The notes under the pieces: generated by a model
Told to the model about the DNA's origin: nothing
What the model saw: only the letters and a program-made list of their open reading frames with translations
Databases searched by the model: none
Made by a program: the position numbers and the translations under genes
Shown: positions 45,400-57,854 of the stretch, piece after piece
How the letters are laid out: the number at the start of each line of letters is the position of its first letter
Numbering within the stretch: position 1 is the stretch's first letter
From: Eledone cirrhosa
Lineage: Eukaryota
Length of the DNA: 64,000 bases
Assembly (NCBI GenBank): GCA_964016885.1
Contig: OZ024740.1
Coordinates: forward strand, 106,082,001-106,146,000
Direction of reading: 5' to 3'

Positions 45400-46921
45400 G
45401 AAGGAAATGTGGTAAGGAACCAGATGGACCATAACGCACCAAAGTACTCAATACTTAGGGTAGTAGAGTGGGTAATAGGAACAAGTAGGACCCCGACGGC
45501 TGAGCTCGAGCCGTTTCGACGACTAATTCTGGACTAAATAAAAATATTTAGCCTGGTAAGTGAATAGCCAAACTTCTCAGGGGGTAATTCCATATATGGT
45601 AAAAGTGATTGTCACAAGGATTGGTCAAAAGTTTGTTGTTAAGACACATCATTCTATCATGGCATTTTGTGGAAGGTAGGGGTAGCTGAACTTGCCAGTA
45701 GAGGAAAGAGGGAGAGGGAGTGGAGGAAACCCAGTCAAGCGTTGAAAGTGAAAACTACAGCAGATTCTAAGGATAGTGTATAGAAGGTCGAAAAAGTGTA
45801 CTAGAGAAGGGGAGGAGGGAAGTTGAAACAATAAGTAAATCTAAAGTGTAGTAAATATATAAAAAATATAAAAAAAATATTAAAAAAACAATTACTGGTT
45901 ACTAGTCCCCTTCCACAATCATCATATCTCTCACTGGTACTGCTAAGCTAAAGAAGAGTTTTATAAGTGGGAATACTAAATGCGAGATTGTAGTGAAAGA
46001 ATTTTATGAGGCCATCATTACAGGGGGTCTACCACCACTACAATAGTTAGTAGTAATCGGCCAATTCTATCTTACAATGACAGGTCAACAAGTTGAGGGC
46101 AAACACACTAAAAAAAAAACTAATACGATATATTAATTCAGAATCCAGAAACTAATACGAAATATTAATTCAGACTCCCGAAACGTGAATACTAATACAA
46201 TATATATATAATACTGCTACAATACATAAATTCTAATACAATCTACATAAATACTCATACAATATATATAAAAAAACTAATACAATATATATAAAAATCC
46301 TGCTACAATACATAAATCCTAATACAATCTACATAAATACTCGTACAATATCTATGAAAAACTAATACGAAATATTAATTCAGAATCCCAAAAAATAAAT
46401 ACTGATATACGAGAAACTAAAGCAGAAATACCACTAAGAAATCTAGAAATCACGGAAATGGAGCAGCAACCAGAAAAGAGAGCAGGTATCTGGGGTCTAG
46501 CACATCTGCTATAAAAAGCGGAATCGGCTAATTCTATCATAAAATAAGGGGAGTGTGGGTACTGAGGCTACAGAGGACCGAAGGGCTGCATCGGGGTGGG
46601 CGAGAAGGTGAAAAGAACGACGACAAAGAAGGAGATCTGGGGTGGAAGGACTAGGAATGGATTGGGGGAAAAGGAAATATAGAGTAAACGATAAAACATA
46701 TATAAAAAAGAATATATAAAAAAATAATAATATATAAGAAAGTTACGTCTACCTTTGTAAGTAGGGGTTACCCCTTACAAAGTCGGCAAGTGGGGTGTTT
46801 CAGCCCTTTTCTACCTCCCGGGTCATTATGGGGTTAGAGGGCGAGGTAAGTCATATGCAATCTGTGTTTGCATGCAGTTACCAGTTCGTCTTTCTTGATT
46901 AGGAGTTGGTCCGTCGAAAAC
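45400..46921 (-). mobile_element. Second copy of the 29510-31070 PLE 3' end, with hammerhead at 45490-45585
   Basis: FSTDQLLIKKDELVTACKHR and a shared UTR; the core reads CTGAGAA. Confidence 0.8.
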
Positions 46922-46936
46922 ATATATATATATAAC

Positions 46937-46967
<31 letters not shown>

Positions 46968-47037
46968 TATTATATATATATGCATATATTATATATATTA
47001 TATATATATATATACATATATATTATATATATATATA

Positions 47038-47300
47038 CATCCACGTTCATCCACGAAACTCGCGAGCCACGTATGGTCCCTCAACGACTCAAGTATAGAC
47101 TACTCAATTCAATGGAAAGACATCACTAAGTCCAAGCCATACGCAAGGGGCAATCCGTCGTGTGGACTATGTATTGATGAACGAATAAATATTCTAAGGA
47201 GATTACGCAATAGTGATTGCCTAAACACGAGAAATGAATTCTTCATACGTTGTCCACACGTCTGGAAACACCTCTTACATAACTACAAAGCTCCGCATTG
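47038..47300 (+). mobile_element. Naiad-type PLE endonuclease C-terminal fragment (not in the ORF track)
   Basis: STKLASHVWSL..IQW..KPY..CGLCIDERINIL..CLNTRNEFFIRCPH..*; paralogous to 21727-22000. Confidence 0.85.
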
Positions 47301-47882
47301 AATTACAACAATATCCTAATTTTCTTATCAACTAGAAACTTTCGGACTTTCGCAGTTATCTCCCTTACACCTCTCGCACACATTTTACTATTGCTTGTGT
47401 GAAGTGATCGTTTATGCGCATGCGCGTTCGTACGGTTGTTCTTCCTGTTCCGTATAACCATGTGCACTACGAGCTGAGGATCCGCTAAGGTGAAATAATT
47501 GTTCTCGGCATGGTGAACTAACTGTTGTGTAACCACTTCTACCTAACTCGTCCCATGGACTGAGTGCTCTACCACTACGGATATTACCTTCCAGTGTTCT
47601 ACCACTATTTATATATATATCACATAAGAAACGGAGAATCAGTAGTGCGACGAATAACATTTATTAGACATATTACAATCGTTTCTCTGGCGACCAGCTC
47701 GAGGCACGATCGATGCAATGATCGACACTGACTCTGAAATCGCAAGATCGTAATAAGTCTAATACATTATATTTGTCGCACCACTGATTCATCGTTTCTT
47801 ATGTGATATTATACTCTGTTCTGTAAAAGCATCGAGTGCTGAAACGGCCTACCGCATACGGATGCTTTAAGCATCCCATACC

Positions 47883-47919
<37 letters not shown>

Positions 47920-48319
47920 GAGAGGGGGAGAGAAAGAGAGAAAAATTAAGTAGAATCGAAGTCAGCGTTGCAGCATATATACAATCTTTATTGGCCTATT
48001 ACAATTGTTTCGATATCCATCAGTTCAGTGTACAATCAAGATGGGGGTGCCAAACACTTTTTCTACATCTCGACAAATATGCGAGTTTATATGTGCAAAT
48101 ACACAGCAACTTAATCTATTTACATTCTGCACACTACAGCCGCCTTAACTCTGGAATACAATCCACACAAGACGGACCTCATAACAACATTGAGTGCTTC
48201 GAACGGCACACCGCTGTAACTTTAGTTACACAACCAACACATATATATGTGTATGTGAGAGAGAGAGAGAGTGACAGTTGGTGCCACGGTCGGGATTTTA
48301 CATATCTCTCTCTCTCTCT

Positions 48320-48462
<143 letters not shown>

Positions 48463-49120
48463 ATATATGATTGTTGTGTAGTACTTCACTATTTTCTTTG
48501 GTAAGATGAGAAACGCTCAATGCACATTACCTTCCTCTGTCTCTCGGGGCAAATGTATCCTGTTGTTAAGGGCGGTTCAGGTAGCAGAGCATTTAGAATT
48601 CAAACTTATAAGAACATTTTGAACATATGTATATATTGCAGCAACTTGCATTTTGCACAGAGGCCTTGAACGGAAGCCCCCTCACTTCATCCGATAACGA
48701 ATTTTTATATGCACTTTACATGGACAAAATTGACAAGCATTTTCACCACTTATAACCTCATCCATACCGATATACATGTTTATCTTTCTCGTATATATTT
48801 TTTTCTCATATATGTCTCCTCTCTCATTTTGCATCTATGTACTTTCTGTTTTGATTCATGTGATAGAAGAAGATATTAACTAATTGTTTGCCTAATTACT
48901 ACGTTTCATACTGAAATTTACGCTCCGTTCTACTGTACGGTAATATTGTTCAATATATGGATAATATACCTGTAATATCCAATATTGATTCCCTTTTTAA
49001 AAATTTCTTACTATAATTTTCCGGGCTATCTTCCGTACGGTACTATCGTTCAAAATATGGACAATATATCTGTAATATTAACCACCTTTTCAAAACTTCT
49101 AACTATAATTTAAACATCTC

Positions 49121-49308
49121 GGTGGATTGGCAGTATCGGTAGAGGGTCGGACGCCATGCTTTGAGAAATAGAGTTACGGCCCTTGCCATTCTGAGTTCAA
49201 ATCCCGCCGAGGTTAACTTTGCCTTTCATCCTTACGGGGTCGATAAAATAAAGTACCAGTAATGTACTGGTTATTTGCTGGCCTTGTGCTAAATGTAGAA
49301 ACAATTAT
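49121..49308 (+). mobile_element. tRNA-derived SINE
   Basis: Family match. Confidence 0.9.
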
Positions 49309-49960
49309 ATATATATATTTTATTTATTTCAATCAAGATTTTAACTTGTAATTTTTTTAATTTCTAATTTTCAATCATAATTTCCACTGAAACCATAATA
49401 TATAGAATTAAGTTTATATTCTCTTAGCGGGTGATGGTCAATTCTATTGTCCAAGCATAATTTAGGGGTAGTATCGAAGTCTATTTAAACTCATACTCTG
49501 CCACCACGACTAGGTTTCGGTCAACGGCCACTGGCAGGGCGACTAGCAGTAAAGTGTAACCGTGTCATATTACCAACCTGGATGGGGTGATTCTTTGGTT
49601 GAGGTGTGGGGGGAGGTGCCTAGGCGAATTTCGTAGAGTTTTGGGGTAGTGGGCGGTCAACTTCCTTCGGACTTGCGCCTGCACAAACAGGTGGGGTGAT
49701 TTGGGACATTGGGACACACAAGGAAGCGGGCGAAGGATTCAAGAACACCTACTTTGTCCGTTCCCATGTCGATTCAATTTGGATTGCCTCGGGAACGTAA
49801 CCTTATAATATAAGAAGCTGTTTGATGATGTCATGGCACTGGGTACAACGGAATCGTGTGGCCATTGTCGTCATTGAAATATGTATTACAGCATTATCAA
49901 TAAAGGACTTTAACATCTGAAACTACTTCGCATTTTCTTATTCTCTCTCTCTCTCTTTAT

Positions 49961-50096
<136 letters not shown>

Positions 50097-50101
50097 ATAT
50101 A

Positions 50102-50172
50102 TATTGGGTCGTCAAGTATGAAATTTGTAGAAAATTGGTTTTTCTACAAATTTCATACTTGACGACCTTATA
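50102..50172. mobile_element. Mini-MITE: 28-bp perfect inverted arms in (TA)n
   Basis: 50107-50134 is the reverse complement of 50140-50167, with a 5-nt spacer; TA context resembles Tc1/mariner. Confidence 0.65.
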
Positions 50173-50189
50173 TATATTTATATATATAT

Positions 50190-52645
50190 AAAGAATTAGT
50201 ATATCTACCAACATATATATACAGATGTATACCTATGCAAGCAAATATATAGGTTTTGTCTTAGTAACTTTATGGTTCAATGCAAGAGGATGCAGAACAA
50301 TTATATGAAAAACATAAAATAAGAAAATTATAGTAATTAGCTTACTTACTTAAATATCACTCCAACTAATTAGTTTCTGAAAAGGAATATACATGGAGAT
50401 CATGGAGAAACATTTTCGTTAGCAGGGAGTCATTCTCAACTAAGATACCTGGCGATGCGTGGACACAGGGAATTTATACAAAAATATTCAGTGGATGGAA
50501 AAGAGCAAGCGGGGACTAAATTCCAAGACACTGAAAAAAATCACTGCCTTCTTATTCAGTGGCAAATTCAAAAGAATATATCTACCAACATATATATATA
50601 GATGCATACCTATGCAAGCAAATATATAGGCTTTGTATTAGTAACTTTGTGGTTCAATGCAAGGGGATGCAGAACAATTATATGAAAAATATATTGGTAG
50701 ATATACTAATTCTTATAATTATCTCCAAATTATTTTGTTGAGCAAAAATTTGCCAAAATGACTATTATAGTTCATAGTAACAGCTTGGCTACTGTCTTTT
50801 TAACACCCCACTCCTCACTGATTAACCTCGATGTCACGTGATTTATTCTTTTGAATTTGCCACCGAACAAGAAGGCAGTGATTTTTTTTCAGTGTCTTGG
50901 AATTTATTCCCCGCTTGCTCTTTTCCATCCACTGAATATTTTTGTATAATTTCCCTGTGTCCACGCATCGCCAGGTATCTTAGCTGAGAATGACTCCCTG
51001 GTGACGAAAAGGATTCTCCATGATCTCCATGTATATTCCCTTTCAGAAACTAATTATTTGGAGTGAAATTTAAGTAAGTAAGCTAATTATTATAATTTTC
51101 TTATTTTATGTTTTTCATATAAGTGTTCTGTATCCCCTTGCATTGAACAACAAAGTTACTAAGACAAAACCTATATATTTGCTTGCATACGTATGCATCT
51201 GTATTTCTATGTTGGTAGATATACTAATTCTTTATAATTATCTCCAAATTATTTTGTTGAGCAAATATTTGCCAAAATTACTACTATAGTTCATAGTAAC
51301 AGCTGGCTACTGTCTTTTCACACCCCACTCCTCACTGATTAACCTCGATGTCACGTGATTGATTCTTTTGAATTTGCCACCGAACAAGAAGGCAGTGATA
51401 TTTTTCAGTGTCTTGGAATTTAGTCCCGCTTGCTCTTTTCCATCCACTGAATATTTTTCTATAAGTTCCCTGTGTCCACGCATCGCCAGGTATCTTAGCT
51501 GAGAATGACTCCCTGAAGACGAAAAGGTTTCTCAATGATCTCCATGTATATTCCCTTTCAGAAACTAATTATTTGGAGTGAAATTTAAGTAAGTAAGCTA
51601 ATTATTATAATTTTCTTATTTTATGTTTTTCATATAAGTGTTCTGTATCCCCTTGCATTGAACAACAAAGTTACTAAGACAAAACCTATATATTTGCTTG
51701 CATACGTATGCATCTGTATTTCTATGTTGGTAGATATACTAATTCTTTATAATTATCTCCAAATTATTTTGTTGAGCAAATATTTGCCAAAATTACTACT
51801 ATAGTTCATAGTAACAGCTGGCTACTGTCTTTTCACACCCCACTCCTCACTGATTAACCTCGATGTCACGTGATTGATTCTTTTGAATTTGCCACCGAAC
51901 AAGAAGGCAGTGATATTTTTCAGTGTCTTGGAATTTAGTCCCGCTTGCTCTTTTCCATCCACTGAATATTTTTCTATAAGTTCCCTGTGTCCACGCATCG
52001 CCAGGTATCTTAGCTGAGAATGACTCCCTGAAGACGAAAAGGTTTCTCAATGATCTCCATGTATATTCCCTTTCAGAAACTAATTAGTTGAAGTGAAATT
52101 CAAGTAAGTAAGCTAATTACTATAATTTTCTTATTTTATGTTTTTCATATAATTGTTCTGCATCCCCTTGCATTGAACCACAAAGTTACTAAGACAAAAC
52201 TTATATATTTGTTTGCATAGGTATGCATATGTATATATGTGTTGGTAGATATACTAATCCTTTATAATTATTTCCAAATTATTTTGTTAAGCAAACATTT
52301 GCCAAAATTACTACTATAGTTCATAGTAACAGCTTGGCTACTGTCTTTTTAACACCCCACTCTTCACTGATTAACCTCGATGTCACGTGATTGATTCTTT
52401 TGAATTTGCCACCGAACAAGAAGGCAGTGATTTTTTTCAGTGTCTTGGAATTTAGTCCCCGCTTGCTCTTTTCCATCCACTGAATATTTTTGTATAAGTT
52501 CCCTGTGTCCACGCATCGCCAGGTATCTTAGCTGAGAATGACTCCCTGATGACGAAAAGTTTTCTCCCTGATCTCCATGTATATTCCCTTCCAGAAACTA
52601 ATTAGTTGGAGTGAAATTTAAGTAAGTAAGCTAATTACTATAATT
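50190..52645. repeat. 515-bp tandem array (~3.8 units from 50694) preceded by inverted partial units (50190-50690)
   Basis: TTGGTAGATATACTAAT at 50694, 51212, 51727 and 52242. Confidence 0.95.
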
Positions 52646-52660
52646 TCCTTATTTTACATT

Positions 52661-52731
<71 letters not shown>

Positions 52732-52826
52732 GGGAACGGATGAAGAACCCAAAAGCACACACTTCGTCCGTTCCCATGTCGATTCAATTTGGGTTGCCTC
52801 AGAAACATAACCTTATTATGTAACAA

Positions 52827-52900
52827 GCTTTCTGACGATGTCGCGACACTGGCACACAGAACAGTATGGCCCGTGTCGTCATTGAAATATATATCACAGC
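52827..52900 (+). ncRNA. Hammerhead motif (paralog at 49817-49892)
   Basis: gcttt-CTGACGA...GAAAT-atat-ATC-acagc; the paralog has gctgt/acagc stem I with a TTGATGA core. Confidence 0.65.
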
Positions 52901-52913
52901 ATTATTATTAAAA

Positions 52914-53090
52914 GGGCGGTGGATTGGGTCGGACGCCATGCTTTGAGAAATAGAGTTACGGCCCTTATCATTCTGAGTTCAAATCCCGCCGAGGTTAACT
53001 TTGCCTTTCATCCTTACGGGGTCGATAAAATAAAGTACCAGTAATGTACTGAGTAATTGCTGGCCTTGTGCCAAAAGTAGAAACAATTAT
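52914..53090 (+). mobile_element. tRNA-derived SINE inserted just after a hammerhead, 11-bp TSD
   Basis: ATTATTAAAAG at 52904-52914 and 53086-53096; the paralogous site near 49895 is empty. Confidence 0.9.
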
Positions 53091-53132
53091 TAAAAGACTT
53101 GAACATCTGAAACTACTTCGCTTCTCCTTATT

Positions 53133-53191
<59 letters not shown>

Positions 53192-53193
<2 letters not shown>

Positions 53194-53517
53194 AAGATAT
53201 TAAATAAATGGAAACTATATTTATAAAACCATATTTATTTTATTATATATATTTCAAGGGTACCAAAAGACTTTGGTACGCTTTCTTCAGATAAAATACA
53301 AAATTTGTTTTATAAATAGAGACATACCCAGGAAAAATCATACCTTGTCAGTTGGATATAATGTATGATGATTTTTCATGGGTATGTCTCTATTTATAAA
53401 ACAAATTTTGTATTTTATCTGAAGAAAGCGTACCAAAGTCTTTTGGTACCCTTGAAATATATATAATAAAATAAATATGGTTTTATAAATATAGTTTCCA
53501 TTTATTTAATATCTTTG
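53192..53517. ncRNA. Palindromic module with two hammerheads (53236-53298 minus, 53411-53473 plus)
   Basis: tattttat-CTGAAGA-aagcgtaccaaa gtct tttggtaccctt-GAAAT-atat-ATA-ataaaata in each ~150-bp arm; same family as 33957. Confidence 0.85.
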
Positions 53518-53613
53518 AATATTTACTCCAGAAAGCTGTTGAGTGCTCTAAATCAGTTATAAACATTTATATTTATATTTGTCGGATTTCCAACAAATTA
53601 AATACACCTTCTA

Positions 53614-53673
<60 letters not shown>

Positions 53674-53950
53674 AAAATGGAACGGGAACAAAACAGAGAG
53701 GCAGTACGAACAAATGTTTATTAGTTTCACGCTCTTGAGAGTGTGTGGAGGGGACGACGTTTCGGGCATAAGCCCTTCTTCAGCTATATATATATAAGGA
53801 GTAAATGGCTGAACAGATTTTATGGGAAAATGATCCGACGGGAGACTCAGAAGCAAACCGAAAGCAAGATGGCTGGAAACATGAGACGTGAAATTATCAG
53901 TATTAGTCACTTGTTTAGCGAACGAATCTCCTAGCTTTCGCTGTTATGAG

Positions 53951-53989
53951 TACAACGTTTCGGTCGTTGTACCCTTCCGCCTTCATCAG
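53951..53989 (-). ncRNA. Minimal PLE-type hammerhead core
   Basis: CTGATGA-agg...cc-GAAACGTT; stem I is poor. Confidence 0.5.
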
Positions 53990-54300
53990 ACGTCTCTCTT
54001 CTTTGGTAAGGTTCACAGAGATTCGAATTCATTCGTACGCATGCGTGTGTAGGTGCATGTGTATGTAAGTGTATGTGTGTATGAGAGTATGTCTGTGTGT
54101 GTCAGTGTGTGACTTCTTCGCCCATCCTTCGTGAGAGGGCCTTTAGGGGCAGTCTTCAGACATGCCTTTCAGAAGGTCCTATCAAAAACAACCGTCTCCA
54201 ACTGATCCTTCTGAAAGGCATGTCTGAAGACTGCCCCTAACGGCTATCTCACGAAGGATGGGCGAAGAAGGACTAATGCCCAAACTAACTTGTATTAATT

Positions 54301-54878
54301 TGGATTGGCAGTATCGGTAGAGGGTCAGACGCCATGCTTTCCAGCATAGTTACGTCCCTTTATGATCTGAGTTCAAATCCCGCCGAGGTTGACTTTGCCT
54401 TTCATCCTTACGGGGTCGATAAAATAAAGTACCAGTAATGCACTGGGTAATTGCTGGCCTTGTGCCTAAAGTAGAAACAATTAATTTATTTAATTGGCAA
54501 TATCGGTAGAGGATCGGACGCCATGCTTTGACGCATAGAGTTACGGCCCTTGCCATTCTGAGTTCAAATCCCGCCGAGGTTAACTTTGCCTTTCATCCTT
54601 ACGGGGTCGATAAAATAAAGTACCAGTAATTACTGGGTAATTGCTGGCCTTGTGCCAAAAGTAGAAACAATTATTACTAATGGAAGTTGGATTGGCAGTA
54701 TCGGTAGAGGGTCAGACGCCATGCTTTGCAGCATAGTGTTATGGTCCTTTATGATCTGAGTTCAAATCCCGCTGAGGTTAACTTTGCGTTTCATTCTTAC
54801 GGGGTCGATAAAATAAAGTACCAGTAATGCACTGGGATAATTGCTGGCCTTGTGCCAAAAAGTAGAAACAATTATTAC
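54301..54878 (+). mobile_element. Three head-to-tail SINE copies (54301-54482, 54494-54676, 54688-54878)
   Basis: Each copy has A/B boxes, core and ATT tail. Confidence 0.92.
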
Positions 54879-55199
54879 TATTGTTGTTATGGTTTATGTT
54901 TGTTTCTGTTTTGTTGTTATTGGTTTCTGTTACGTCAGTGTTACTTTTATATATCACATCTTACAAGAAATATGGCAATAATTATCATGCAAAGAATAGG
55001 AATCAATATGATAGATTAGATGGACAGAAAATAACATTAAAGCCATTATCATTGCATGCCCACTGTTTATTCACTGAAACCAGTAAAAGAAGGATACACA
55101 ATATAGAATCTTCGTAATTGTATCTAACGCAGGTGACAACTAGTTGTCTTTTCCTTGCCATAGCTTACATTTTTCCACTTCGTAGATCCGAGAGCGGAG

Positions 55200-55480
55200 A
55201 TATTGAAGCAATAGATGCACTGCTTAAATTGCTGTTGACTCACTCCTTTGCGAACGACATAAGCAGGAAGAGAGTTCCCGATGGCCCACGTTCTGGACAG
55301 GAACGACTAGGGATAATGGTTAGGGCTGTACTTGGGGAGTTGTCACATTAGCAATGCGAAGAACAGAAATGGGTGAGTCGGATGCAGAAGGGTTGATGTG
55401 GCATGCGTTCAGCAAGCTTCGATGAGCAGGATTCATAATAGTAATGGTAGAATAGGTGATGCGACTTAAGAGCAGCAGTT
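55200..55480 (-). pseudogene. CR1/Jockey-group LINE ORF2 C-terminal remnant
   Basis: Across frames: FYHYYYESCSSKLA..MP and SFLSRT..GNSLPAYVV..QQFK, resembling the conserved SF..RT..WNSLP..FK end. Confidence 0.55.
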
Positions 55481-56416
55481 GGAGAATGTCAGAGTAATTT
55501 GATACCAATTAGACGAGTGTCTTTTATCGGTATTCTGTCTATGGTTCTAATATGAGCAACAGCAGCACCGCACCAGTTGTGGGAACATTACTTCATTGAC
55601 ACTCACACCAGAGCGTTGTAGAAGGTTATTAATAGTTGGTGGTGGTGGTAAGGGAGGGGGAGTATTTTCTGTCCCTTATGAGACGATGAGACGATCAGTC
55701 ATTGCACAATTCTTGTTCTTGAAGTATTTGTGTTGGTATGTTTGCTTCACGCTTTATTCTATCTCTCCTAACTTTATTCAAATGTCTTCCCTTCACCATT
55801 GGCTATGTTATTTCCCAATTGCATATCTTTTGAAGTTTAATTCCTTGAGTGTGTTTGTGTGTTGTTGTTTTTATTATCATTTTGGAATAGTTTACTTCGT
55901 TTCTATTGGGTTAATATTTTACTAGACAGCTGTATTCTGTGTATTCTATGGTTTTACCTTGTGAAAAAAAAACGTTTCTTTTTCTTTCTTTAATTTTATT
56001 CTTATCGTTATTTCTACGTATTTTATATAGTGTTGAACTTTACTAAGCTGATATTAGTTGATACTTTTGTTTTGAATGTTATATGTTGCTACAGTTTCTT
56101 TTCACTTTAAACAGTCAATGTCCTTTTGTATGGGTTTGCTTCTTCGCTGATACAGGTGTTTGTATTCTTTTAGTTTTCAAATATTTCAAAGTTATTTCTT
56201 TCATTGAAAGTTATATTTTCCTTTTCAAACGTTTCGCCTTTCAATTTTATCTCATACAAGCTGTATATTTTTTTTAATTATATGTTCTATACGAAGTCAG
56301 TTGTCTGCCTATTACTTTTAAAATGTATTTAGTTAAAACTCTATTTTTCATGTTGTATGATATATCCCGCCTTTATTTTGCGTTTTTATCATGAACTATT
56401 ACTATTATCATATAGG

Positions 56417-56639
56417 ACGGTGGTTTGGCTGAATCGGTAGAGCGTTAGACAACATGATTTGCAGCATAGAGTTACGGCTTTTTACGTTCTGAGTTCAAAT
56501 CCCGCCGAGGTTAGCTTTACTTTTCATTCTTACGGGGTCGATAAAATAAAATACCAGTAACGCACTGAGGTCAATTTAATAGACTTTCCCCTTCCCTTCA
56601 AATTTCTGGTTCTGTGCCTAAAGTAGAAACAATTATTAT
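56417..56639 (+). mobile_element. Older, longer variant of the SINE family
   Basis: Same head and core plus an extra ~30-nt segment before TGTGCCTAAAGTAGAAACAATT. Confidence 0.85.
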
Positions 56640-57796
56640 CAATATTGTTGTTATTATTATTATATTTGGTATTTGCTTTCATAGGATGACAGTCATTTTG
56701 TTCCGTAGGTTTGTCAATTCTTGCAAGTTTCTGAATCGTTTATTTGTAAACTGTTCGTCTAATATTGTGGATAAAGTCGTATACTTTTTGTTTACAAAGG
56801 GCACAACTCTAAACTTTTGGACTTTAGATTTAGTTTACAGCAGGACATCCAATTGATCTCAAACCTGTCTCCCGTCGAGTTCATTCTACGTCCATGAGGA
56901 TAACACTTCCCTCCAGAACTGTGCAAGCCTCATCCATCGGATGTCCATATCTGGTGAGACAGCTGAAATCCTGACCCTTACAGTTCCTCTATCTAAATAG
57001 AACGGAAAAAGAACGTAATCGTTACTGCGTCAGGAGACCTCAGAATGTTTTAGGGCGACGGCCTTTTTTCTGCAAAAACTTCTACGCCCCCAAAACAACC
57101 TTACTCTTGCAACAAAATTAACCATCAGGGCAAAATTTCTTTAAGATTCTCCTCACTTTCGATCTATTGTGCTACTTTTGGGTATCGAGGTTTTACTGCC
57201 ACACAGCATCATTTTCTGGCAGTTGCTTCAACACCGCTGATGCTATAGTCTATTTCACACTCCTCCCTTCCATTTTGATATATTTAACCGCCTGTGCCAA
57301 GCATCAGTGCTTGTTGGACAGAGTGACCTTAAAGAGTTCCACTGTCTATGCTGCTGTAGATGCAAAAGAGCGACTATTACAATTTTCTTGTTAATTTCAT
57401 AGTCGCTGCAGTTGTTGGTGTCGTGGTCATAGTCGTCGTGGTGGTCGTCTTGGAAACGGTATCCCATTTATCTGTTACTAAGAGAGGAAAATAAACGTGA
57501 AATTCTGCTGTGGCTTCATGTGTTTTGTTATTATTCTTTTGTCATGAGGACAACGGGAGTGTTATCGAACAAGAAGGTGATGTTACCACGTTGTATTATT
57601 TGGATTGTTATGCAACTAAAAATCCAAAATGTATTTTGAATGTCTACCACGTAAGATACAAAAAATGCGCTGCCGCTGTCACAGTTGGGAAAAGGGAGCC
57701 TTATTAATAAAATATAAATATAACAGAGACTACAACAATCAAGACAAGAAATTTGCAGGGTGCCGAAGCGAGACATGTCTGAAGTAAACAAGAGCA

Positions 57797-57852
<56 letters not shown>

Positions 57853-57854
57853 TA

